From Octopus sinensis (taxonomy: Eukaryota): a stretch of DNA of 30,668 nt. Below, in pieces: positions 1-10,172 of this stretch. Within the stretch, counting starts at the first letter, position 1. Each line of letters begins with the position of its first letter. The position numbers were made by a program, and so were the translations under genes. The notes beneath the pieces were generated by a model. It did not search any database. It was not told the origin of the DNA and was given only the letters and a program-made list of their open reading frames with translations. The stretch is from NCBI RefSeq assembly GCF_006345805.1, contig NW_021832505.1, forward strand, positions 1 through 30,668, given 5' to 3'.

Positions 1-1318
1 GCCGTTCCAGTTGTAAGTTACAGCTACAGCATCCTTAACTGGTCACTAAATGAACTGACCAAAATAGATAGGAAAACAAGAAAAATAATGACAGGATCTA
101 GGATGCATCACCCAAAGTCTGACATAGAAAGACTATATATGCAACGTATAAAAGGTGGTAGAGGCCTTATACAACTGGAAAACTACTATAAAATAACCAC
201 GATAGGACTTCAAAAATATCTACTTCAGAAGGAAGGAAAACTGATACAAATAGCGGCAAAACACGAGCAAAACAAAAAACAGTTCTCAGTATCTAAGGAA
301 GCTGACAAATACAAACAAGAAATCATACCACCTAATAAATATGAAGAAGAAGAAGAAGAAGAAGAAGAAGAAGAAGAAGAAGAAGAAGAAGAAGAAGAAG
401 AAGAAGAAGAAGAAGAAGAAGAAGAAGAAGAAGAAGAAGAAGAAGAAGAAGAAGAAGAAGAAGAAGAAGAAGAAGAAGAAGAAGAAGAAGAAGAAGAAAC
501 AATAAAAGCTATAAAACAAATGAAATCCAAATTAAAAATAGAACAGCAACGAACCATGATAAAACGATGGCAAGAAAAGCCCCTTCATGGTAAATACTGC
601 ACTAAACTAAACGCAAAAGAAATAGACAAAGAAAAATCCCAGCAATGGTTGAGAAATATTACAAGTAACTGCAGAATATGTGGAGATGGACAAGAAACAA
701 TAAATCATATTATCTCTGGCTGTCCAGTCCTGGCTAAGAAAGAATATATTCACAGACACGACAGTGTTGGGACCTACATACACTGGAAGCTATGCCAACA
801 TTATGGAATAACAACAGAAAAAATGGCATAAGCACACACCATAAAAGGGCACAGAAAACGAGAAAGCAACCATAATCTGGGATATGCCGATAAACACAGA
901 TGGAGAAATTAAGGCCAACAGACCAGATATAGTTGTCAGAGATCATGAGGGAAAAATGCTTTCTAATTGACGTATCAATACCAGCAGATGACAACGTGTC
1001 TCTAAAAGAAATGGAGAAACTTCCAAAATAGAAATAGAGGTAACCAGGATGTGGAATCTAAAAACAGAAACAATTCCTATCATAGTAGGTGCATTAGGCA
1101 TGATAAAAAATATTCAGACAAATACATAACAAAAACACCAGGACTTACAAACACATATAACATACAGAAAATTGCACTACTAGGCACTGCACACATCCTA
1201 CGCAGAACACTTTCCATACAATAACCATCAGAGCATCACAACAAATCACAGCACATACCCAAGGCACACAAAGCTGCGCTCGGTAGGGATGTGAAAGCAC
1301 GATATAAAAATAAAACTA

Positions 1319-1320
<2 letters not shown>
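1..1320 (+). mobile_element. R4/Dong-clade non-LTR retrotransposon, 3' part (post-RT region, CCHC zinc knuckle, restriction-like endonuclease), degraded
   Basis: ORF 88-831 has HPKSDIERLY...GGRGL and CRICG..ETINHIISGCPVLAKKEYIHRHD (CCHC + RHD). Frameshifted continuation reads IWDMPINTD..IKANRPDIVV..LIDVSIP.DDNV..KEMEK...IPIIVGALG...LLGTAHILRRTLSIQ*, a PD-(D/E)xK RLE with stop at 1222-1224. A short 3' UTR then runs into (TAA)n. The element continues off the window's left edge. Confidence 0.85.
343..498 (+). repeat. (GAA)52 microsatellite, in frame in the LINE ORF (poly-Glu)
   Basis: Perfect GAA run, 156 bp. Confidence 0.97.
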
Positions 1321-1321
<1 letters not shown>

Positions 1322-1400
<79 letters not shown>

Positions 1401-1432
1401 TAATAATAGTAATAATAATAATAACATTAATG

Positions 1433-1480
<48 letters not shown>
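1322..1480 (+). repeat. (AAT/TAA)n microsatellite at the LINE 3' end
   Basis: Direct reading; a few interruptions after ~1395. Confidence 0.95.
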
Positions 1481-1690
1481 TGAAGAAGAAGACGAAGGAA
1501 AACAACAACAACAACAACAATAACAACGAAAAAGTCGCTGATGAATAAAAAGTAATATAAGTAGCAAGAAAACAGTAAAGATGGACAAGCAAAACAATAA
1601 CAAGAAAATTTGGGAATGAGGATAGAAATGATAATAAAAATATATCAACATAAGTAAAATTATCAGACATACACACAGACACAAACGTAC

Positions 1691-1820
1691 GAGGGACACA
1701 CCAAACGTTGTTTTATGTTGTGGACGACTAGCTACATTAACATCCTTCCTAAAGAAATTGAAACGGAATATGCAGCCATCACACTGCACAGTTTGGCCAA
1801 ATTGCCCCAGCTGTAGCTCG
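1691..1820 (-). other. Possible orphan coding exon (130 nt), with a possible 22-nt micro-exon at 1942-1963
   Basis: Minus strand: ttttctatttgtacAG acceptor at 1821 and GTacgt donor at 1690. One stop-free frame: ELQLGQFGQTVQCDGCIFRFNFFRKDVNVASRPQHKTTFGVSL. An upstream GTAAGT donor lies at 1941. No protein family recognised. Confidence 0.2.
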
Positions 1821-2419
1821 CTGTACAAATAGAAAATGACGACTACCAACTTCAGCACGTCATGTAATTGTAGTGTTTAAAATAACTCATTATTGAATCA
1901 GTATCTCAAAAGAGTGAGGATGAATATATTTCTATACTTACTTTTCTTGAAGTGAGTTTAACTCTGCATAAATATATATTTCATAATATACCCACCTATA
2001 GATACAAATACAAACATAGATATTCACGTACAATCATACACTCATACACAAAATGTTAGACATTTATGCAGACACATAGAGACACAAACACTCATAGACA
2101 CCTTCATACACAGTCTTACATGAAAATAGTAGCAGAACATTAGTTAGAGATAGAGAGAGAAAAAGGAAGATGAGAAGACATTAAGTTCTGAGAAAAATTT
2201 CGTAAATGAAATAATATCAAAAAACTTAAGCAACTTACATTGTCTGTAAACTTTGAAGGTTTTGAAAGGATCCTTGTTGGATGGTTGTGATCTTATTAAA
2301 TGCGAGATATCTGAAACATAAGACACAGTCCAAAAGAAAGAGTATTAAAAAGATTTCTTATAAAATATTAAATGTTGTATCTTTAGAATGATATTAATAA
2401 AAAGAAGACGATGATGAAG

Positions 2420-3060
2420 AAAATGGCCGAGATGATGTTGATGATGATGATGAGAAGGAGGATTGCGATGTTGATTGTAAATGTTGTAATAATGACGGTG
2501 AGAAGGAAAAATGGTGATGATTATTATCGAAAACGATGACAAACGCTACCGATTAATTGGTGATGACGACGTTGATTATTATGATGTTCATAACGAAGGT
2601 GATGATGATTCTGCATGCTAGAAATAGCAGAGTAAATGAGGGAAGGAAATAGTTATGATGACAAGATAAATTATAACGATTAGTGAATACGAAAATATGA
2701 TTAGCAGAAGGACTATGAATATGATAGCGCTGAAGATGATACTGATGATGATGATGATGATGATGATGATGACGACGATGATTACGATGTTGATGATGAT
2801 GTTGATGATGATGATGATGATGATGATGACGATGACGATGACGACGACGACGATGACGACGACGACGATGATGATGATGATGATGATGATGTAATGATCA
2901 TATTGATGATGATGGTGAAGATGATGATGATGATGATGTTGATGATGACGATGATGACGATGATGGTGCTGCTGATGATGATGATGACGATGATGACGAT
3001 GATGGTGCTGCTGATGATGATGATGACGATGATGACGATGATGACCATAATGTTGCGAAA
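2420..3060 (+). repeat. (GAT)n/(GAC)n-rich low-complexity tract
   Basis: Long GAT runs 2744-3045, including a 39-bp higher-order unit repeated at 2941-2979 and 2980-3018. Confidence 0.9.
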
Positions 3061-3379
3061 GATGTGATGAAAAATTAAATTGATATGAATAACGAAGAAG
3101 GTGAAGGAAAATAAATCATAGAACGGTATAATATAGAAAAAGTAGAAGAAGAAGCGAAAATGATTCACGAAGAGAGGAGAAAGCAGTTGATTAAAAGCAG
3201 AAGAACCAGAAAATGATGAACAAGATGAATGTAGAGAAAACGTTGTGATGAAGACGATAAATGCAGGAAAAGAAGATATATTAAGACAAGAAATATAACG
3301 TGGAATATCAGAATGGGGAAACAAGTGGGAATAAAGGAATATAAATACAAATACTATAGTCACACATCAAACAAACACG

Positions 3380-3438
<59 letters not shown>

Positions 3439-3496
3439 GCACGTTTATGTATTTGTTTTGCAAGAATTTTGATGTGAAATCGTGTGTTGAAACAGA

Positions 3497-3975
3497 TATT
3501 TGTTGTAATTAGGAATGGTCATTTTGTCAGTTTAGCCAATAAAAAACACACGCACTATATATTTGGTGTTACTTTGCTTCAGCGTTATTCATTTTTTACA
3601 TTAATCATAGTCTTCTTTCGGCCAGAGTTCTTTCGTCACACTCCAGTGACCTCATCAGTGATCCTTTGCTTTCTTCTTTCTTATTTGTGTCTCTCTCCTT
3701 ACCAAAGGTCAGCCATTTTGTATTTTGTACTTTTATTGTATGTGTCTTCATACCTCTATATGGGTATACCTCTATATGTGTCTATGTTTAATTAGTGTGT
3801 GTGTGTGAGGGAAGTTCCTGTAATATTTGTATCTCCTGTTTATATACGTTTGAAATAAGATTAAGCTTAATGTAAAAAATAAATAACGCTGAAGCAATGT
3901 AACACCAAATATATAGTGCGTCTGTTTTTATTGGCTAAAATGGAAAAATGAGCATTCCTAAATACAACAACAATA
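3497..3975. mobile_element. Inverted-repeat (MITE/foldback-like or inverted PLE-end) element with ~105-110 bp arms
   Basis: 3497-3605 is the reverse complement of ~3867-3975, e.g. cgcactatatatttggtgttactttgcttcagcgttattcattttttacattaa vs ttaatgtaaaaaataaataacgctgaagcaatgtaacaccaaatatatagtgcg. Spacer is ~260 bp. Confidence 0.8.
3603..3664 (-). ncRNA. Hammerhead-ribozyme-like motif (possibly degenerate)
   Basis: Minus strand: ggatca-CTGATGA-g-GTCAC-tggagt-GTGAC-GAAA-g...c-TA-tgatt. Core boxes at 3652-3658 and 3631-3634, 5-bp stem II, 5-bp stem I including one G-U, but only ~2 bp of stem III. Confidence 0.4.
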
Positions 3976-4306
3976 TATATATATATATGTGTGTGTATGT
4001 GTTTGTACATACACACATCCACCTATATATATCTTATCAAACGCTGATGCATGAACGCACACACTCACTTCCAGCCCTCACATATATTCCCACTTTCTTA
4101 CACACAGGCAAACACAAATTGCAAGACAATATGAATTGTAGAAGAATGAGGGTAAATAAAGAAGATAAGAGAGACATTTAGTTTGTGGAAATGACATTGG
4201 ATGACATATCGAGATCTTATTATGAAGAAGATGACTAACATAAGAGAAAGTTGATGATGAAGAATAGGCCGAAGAAGAAAACAACGATGAAGCAGCAGCA
4301 ACAACA

Positions 4307-4315
4307 GTAGTAGTT

Positions 4316-4361
<46 letters not shown>

Positions 4362-4444
4362 AAGAAGAAGAAGAAGAAGAAGAAGAAGAAGAAGAAGAAG
4401 AAGAGAAGAAGAAGAAGAAGAAGAAGAAGAAGAAGAAGAAGAAG
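4307..4444 (+). repeat. Compound (TAG)n(GAA)n microsatellite
   Basis: Direct reading. Confidence 0.95.
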
Positions 4445-4799
4445 ATGATGATGTTGATTATAATGATAACGATGATGAGCAACAACAACAGTAAAAACGT
4501 TAAAACAACAATAAGAGAAGTGACAGAAGATGTAGGAGCTGAAGTAAAGAATGATGTAAAAAATAAGGAGGAAACGAAGGAGACTGTCATGAAGACAAAT
4601 TAAATATAATATTTCTGATCTTATAATAATTCTGTTTGTCGTTATGTTAATTACTCCGTCGGTAACGCTTTCTCGTGATTAGAGAAAAAGAGGGAGAACG
4701 AAAAAGAGCAAAAGGGAAATGTCCATGACCTGAGTTTGAAGGAAGTGACTGTAATGCTTTCACGTCATTAGTTGATTGGAAAGAGAGACAAAGAGAAAG

Positions 4800-5262
4800 A
4801 AAAAGGAATGAGAAAACGAAAGTAAGATGAAAAGTAGAGCAGAAAGAGAGGGAGAGGGAGAAAAGGGGAGAGAGAAAAAACCGAGGGAGAAAAAGAGGGG
4901 GAGGACATTGTGGTAGGGGGAACGTAATATTTATTACGTGACGAAAAAGTTAGTTGAAGGTCGTGATATTGAGGAGGGTTACGAATATAATTTTAGCAGA
5001 GCGGTGATGTTCTGATGGTGAGATTAAAATAAGGCGGTAGGTAGATAAACTGAGAAAATGGGAGAAATGGGGAGTGAGAGTTGGTGGTATTGGTGGTAGT
5101 GGTTGTGGTGGAAATGGTGATGATGAGTGCATAATGTAAAGTAACTTATGAATTGAACTAAGTATTTTTTATCCCCTATCACTTAACACATGCTCATAAA
5201 TATTCACACTTATTTACAGTGTCATATGTACGACGCATATATATATATATTATATATATTAT

Positions 5263-5321
<59 letters not shown>

Positions 5322-6327
5322 CAAAAGAAATATAAACATTATAGTTAAAATATATATATTTCATTTAAAATAAAGGTGGACACAGTAAATTCCATCTCTA
5401 CAAGATCACGATTAATGTTGTTACTGCTTCTCATATATGACGCCGTTGGTTGTGCTTCCGCTATGGAGGAGATAAAAATTCGCAGTTTACGGTTATTTGA
5501 TCCTTTTTCCAAAGCTGTGCTTATGAAATAAGCAAATTACAAAACTTGACTGAAGAATGAAAAGTTAAAGAAGATTAGAAGCTACTCGCGAGAGGGTTAG
5601 GCACTACAGGCAGCGAATAAGAGAAGAACAGCGGTAAGAAATCAGAGAAAGGGACAACTGGTACCAACAGATGAGACGATCTGCAATGGATGAAGAGCAA
5701 CGCAAGGCACAATTGTTGTGAGAGAGAATGCGAGACCAAGGTAGAAGACAGGATGAGGAAGAAGAAACACAGTACAAGGAACAACAAAGATTGATATTTC
5801 AGCGGAGAATGGAAAACATGAATGATATGCAGCATCCGCAGTATCAGGACCAACAGAAAAGCGTAATGTAACAGAGAAGGGAGAATATGGATGATTTGGA
5901 AAGGGCTGCTTTCTCCAAGGTCAAACAGAGAGACATCAAGATGGATTTGCAAGTATGAATGCTGAACAGGCGTTGCGTTTGCGAGATGAACAGGTGCAAC
6001 GAAAGCGTGAAGGAAGACATGGACTACCACTGAACAGACACAATAATTCTAAACGAACCTGTCGTATTGGTGATATGTTTTATATTGCGTGTATTGTGGT
6101 GCACTGAAGTTTAAATATGAAAACTTCATGTTCTGTCACAATAATAAAGTGAATTTTCCTCCACTACAACTAAACACTCAGACATTGAAGCGTTTGTCTG
6201 AGAAAATAACCAAGAGTCTGCTTCATTTCGAAAAAAACATCAGCAACTACAACTGCATATCTTCCTATACGTCATTTGGTGTGAAACTCTCTGTGCCGCA
6301 AGGAAGAGGTCTACATGGTTTCTGTAT
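4800..6327 (+). mobile_element. Helitron, 5' segment: purine-rich 5' region, charged N-terminal repeats and start of RepHel (pseudogenised)
   Basis: 5575-5960 encodes R/E/Q-rich repeats (EATRERVRHYRQR...RERDNWYQQMRRS). 6070-6327 encodes CVYCGALKF..E...CHNNKVNFPPL and NYNCISSYTSFG...GRGLHGFCI, matching Helitron N-terminal motifs (C..CGA.KF..E...CC..GKV.LP; YN..F.FTSFG..GRGP..FRIHGQ). The 5' region is homologous to 24330-24760. The 5' boundary is approximate. Confidence 0.8.
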
Positions 6328-6539
6328 TGTTGTGGAAGGGTTCCGACCACCTTCCAATTGACTAAACGGGAACTGACACATTCCTATTAAATAGACAACT
6401 GTCGAGTCTTCAGCAATTAATTGGTAATTAGTTCACTGTTAGCCATTGACAGAGAGCGTTGGGTAATCGATTCGCGCCGTGTAAACACTTTTTTTCCCCC
6501 TGATTCCTTAAATCATACGTTCCAAACCAGGGTATAAAA
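6328..6539 (+). repeat. 5' LTR of the Gypsy element, followed by PBS-like TGGCGAAGAG (6541-6550)
   Basis: Starts TG; the first ~81 nt align to 9943 onward with 16 mismatches by hand count. Confidence 0.85.
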
Positions 6540-9500
6540 GTGGCGAAGAGTTCTTCGAAGTTTGCGTTGGATGTTTAAATTTGTTTGGGATGGGTATGAA
6601 ACCAAAGAAAAATCGTTTAAGATAGAAGGCTTAATGGCATCTGTGGTGCAGTTGCATCAGCAACAATAGTAACAACAAGAGCAACTATAAAAGCAACAAC
6701 AACAAAACCAATAGTTGCTGGAATTAATGTTAAAGTAGTCTAAAAAATACTTCAGGTGTGAACTTGCCAGACAGCGTAGCAATCTCTATTGAAGTAGTAT
6801 AATCCAGAGGAAGGGATTACCTTCTCTGAATATTTTCGAAGATACGAAGAAATTCTCAAAGAAGAATTTAAAAATTGATCTGAGAGGAAAAATAGTACGA
6901 CTACTTGTAAGAAAGGTATCCCTTGCCGAATACAAAAAATATAGTAATTATATTCTGCCGAAAGAGTCAGGTAAGATTTGTTACAATAAAAACTATTAAC
7001 ATTTTATCAAATGATTTAGAACTGGCCGAAAAATAACTCTTCAAACAGAAGCAGAAGAATGCCAGGGAAGACGACGCAGAAAAAGAAATGAAGAAAAAAA
7101 AACGATGCACAAAACGAAATTGAAGAAAAAGATTGCTCTCATATTCCAGTGTCTCCACCGTCACGGATAAGAAATAAGAGAAACAAATGTGAAGATCAAA
7201 TCCATGTTGTGGGTGCGGTGGTCAACATTTAAAATGTAATTGTCCGTTTCAAAATATAAAGGCGTCAAATGGGGCAAGAGAGATCATAAAACAATCACAC
7301 TATAGAACAAACCTGGAAGACCAAAAGACGAACAGCCTCAAGGAAATTTGTGTACGTAAAGTTGCAACTAGATAAGGGCAGTGATATCTCGATAATTAAC
7401 ACAGATACATAGAAAAGAAAGAAGACCTAGATTAAAAGACATTTCGAAAATTGCAGGTGGTGATTCAGGAAAATAATTACGTTTTAATGGCGTAATGATA
7501 AATCACGTTCCATTTCGTGGAAAAACCTTAGAAACCAAAGATTTTGTGTTGAATAATATCCCAAACTTATTCGGAACACTGAATAGAATGGTTTACCTTA
7601 TGGGAACTCCCCATAAATCTTTTCAGTAAAAATGTGAATGATTTTCTTGCCAATACAAATGAATCGTCGGACGATTTGTAAAAATAAATTTAAAAGATTT
7701 TTCCTGAAGTTCTCTCTGATAAATTAGATCTCAGCATCAAAACGAAGACGAAGTTCCAAGTAAAAGTAAATGCCAAACCTGTATTTAAATATAAACGAAC
7801 TGTAACTTTTGCATCGTTGGAACAGATATGCTTTTGCATCGTTAGAAACAAATAAACAAAATCAGAGTGTATGCTGATTTTTTCCACTGGTTTAAATGAG
7901 TGACTTAAAACGTTCCACTATCCGCTACCTACCCTGGGGGATATATTTGCAAAATTAGACGGTGGCAAGATATTTTCTTAATTGGATCTCTCTGAGGCGT
8001 ACCTACATATTAGAGTAGACGTGAATGCTATAAGTACCTAAACATTAACGCACATATATATATACAACAGGTTACTGTCTGCCCTTACGTCACGCCGGCG
8101 ATTTTTCAACATCTTATGGATGCAGTGTTAGCGGATAGTGAATTTGCATTTTCATATCCGGATGATATACTCATTAAAAGCGAATCACGGGATCAACATG
8201 TAGAGCACATAATATATATGTTCGAAACAATTAGGAATTACATTGAAAAAGAAAGCGTGAATTTTCTTCTTAACAAAAATAAAATTAGACAAACAATTGA
8301 AAGAAATGGACGAGGACCAGATCCGTTGAAGGCAGAGGCAATTAAATACATGACACCTCCGACAAGTATAACGAATCACATGATTGCTTTGGAGACAGGC
8401 AAATTATGACCAAAATTATATTCTAAATATGCATAGGATAAGCGTTACAGTAGATTATGTATTTAAAAAATGGCAATTGAAATTGCTCTGAAAATTGTCA
8501 AAAGGAATTCGGCGAAATTTTAAGATATTAACATCTGATTTGTTGTTAGCACGCTTCGATCCTGTAGTGGAGAAATTTGTAACTTCAGATGCCTCTGAAT
8601 ACTGTATCGGCCAGTAGTGCTACATAAATAAAAATATGGTAACATGAAGGCGGTGGTTCATGATATCAGCAGAAAATATTACAGCCAAATCAAAAAAGAG
8701 GCTCTTGTAATTATTTTTGCAGTAAAAAATTTCGTAGATTTTACACAGCAGAAGTTTTTGAATACAGACAGATCATCGTCCGTTATTATCAGTATACGAG
8801 TAAAAGAAATAAATATCTAGCCGTACAGCTAATAGGCTGCAACGCTGGGGTACTGTATTATTAAACTATGAATTTAAGATAGAGTATATACTATCTAAAA
8901 CGTTAGGACCCGCTAAATGTTTATCAAGACCGATTTCAGAAAATGCTGGAGCATTTGAAGATACCGTGATTGCTAATTTGCGAGCGGAAAATGAAATTAA
9001 AATCAAACTGTATAACTCCATGCGTGAACTGCTATTTACGTTAAAGGACATAAAATTACAATTGGGAAACGATATATTCATTACAAAATGAAACAAATGC
9101 AGACGTATGAAAGGGATGAAAAATGTTCGAGCCTATCACAAGGTGTGACAATGTGCTGATGTATGCACAAAGAGTCCATAGTGCCAGCCACACTACAAAA
9201 GCAATTACTAAAGGAATTTCATATTGAGTCAAAGCGATTTCGATAATGAAATCGTTAATGAGAAGTTAGGTATACTGGCCAACAACGGACTGTAACGTTG
9301 AAGATATAGTGATAGTATGCAATACGCTGTTCTCTAGCTCCAAATACACCCGTCACGAAATGGCACACGTGGCCAAAATCACTTAAGGTTTCATATCACT
9401 TCATTGTGGGGGAGTGTTTTTCAACGTGGTCGGAAGTGCATTAATATAGAGAGCCGACATCTCTGGTTACAGTGATATTCGATCTTTGTCAGAAAGATCA

Positions 9501-9942
9501 GATCCATCTTTGATCAGACGATACCGAGTGAAAATATAAAAAAAGGAACAATATTTCAAAATTCTTCAAGTTAGGTGACAATGTTTTTTAAAGACCTATA
9601 GATATAGTAAAGAAGGCTGGGAGGATGGTACAATTATTAAGTAAATTACAAGAATGATATTCCTGGTAAAAGGTAAAACAAATATCGAACATAAAAGACT
9701 TATTAACCAACTCAAAACCTGATTCAAGGAAAAATCAGACAAAAGAAGTGAAATTCTCATGAAAAAATTGCACGACACGTTTGAGGTACCAACACAGAAA
9801 CAATTTGTAATTACACGTTCTTGCACCAGAAAACGAAACGAATGGAAACACAAGAATTGAGCCCTAAGCATAAGAGATATTAAAACTCTGAGCGACTTTA
9901 ATTCTCAAGTGGAGAATTTAGGGGAGACTAATTTAGGGGAGA

Positions 9943-10168
9943 TGCTGTGGAAAGATTCTGACAACCTTCCAAGTGACTAAAAGTGGTCTGACACATTTCC
10001 ATTACATGGAGAACTGTCTAGTCGTAAGCAATTGATTGTGAACAATTGTTAGGTAAGCATTTTCCTATGATCCGTTGGCAGAGAGCGTCGAGTCTCACGT
10101 AATAGTAATCGTATTGCGTCGTGTAAATAGCTTCGTTAAATTATATATCCAATACCAGGATATAGAAC
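9943..10168 (+). repeat. 3' LTR of the Gypsy element, preceded by a polypurine tract and followed by TSD GTAT
   Basis: tgctgtggaaagattctgacaaccttccaagtgactaaa... is homologous to the 5' LTR. PPT ttaggggaga at 9933-9942. GTAT occurs at both 6324-6327 and 10169-10172. Confidence 0.85.
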
Positions 10169-10172
10169 GTAT

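Larger units (their letters stand above)
6328..10168 (+). mobile_element. Gypsy (Mag-like) LTR retrotransposon, full span with both LTRs, heavily degraded gag-pol
   Basis: gag-like YNPEEGITFSEYFRRYEE...VRLLVRK (~6790-6915) and CCHC PCCGCGGQHLKCNCPF (~7200-7250). RT YPLPTPGDIFAKLDGGKIFS.LDLSEAYLHI and FQHLMDAVL...YPDDILI (7915-8200). RNase H FDP..FVTSDASEY..YSQIKKEAL..IFAVK..TDHRPL (8555-8790). Integrase HHCC remnant MKSLMRS.VYWP (~9245-9280). Confidence 0.9.

Noticed and set aside
225-557. Poly-Ser/poly-Phe ORFs on the minus strand, and similar poly-Tyr/Leu/Met/Ile-Tyr ORFs at 1236-1682, 2697-3363, 4078-4590, 17791-18701 and 28304-29032
   Set aside because: They are translations of microsatellites, with no domain content or coding signal.
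2941-3045. 39-bp higher-order repeat that could encode an Asp-rich DDDDDDDDGAADD peptide
   Set aside because: There is no supported start, splice context or flanking ORF; ordinary slippage duplication inside (GAT)n explains it.
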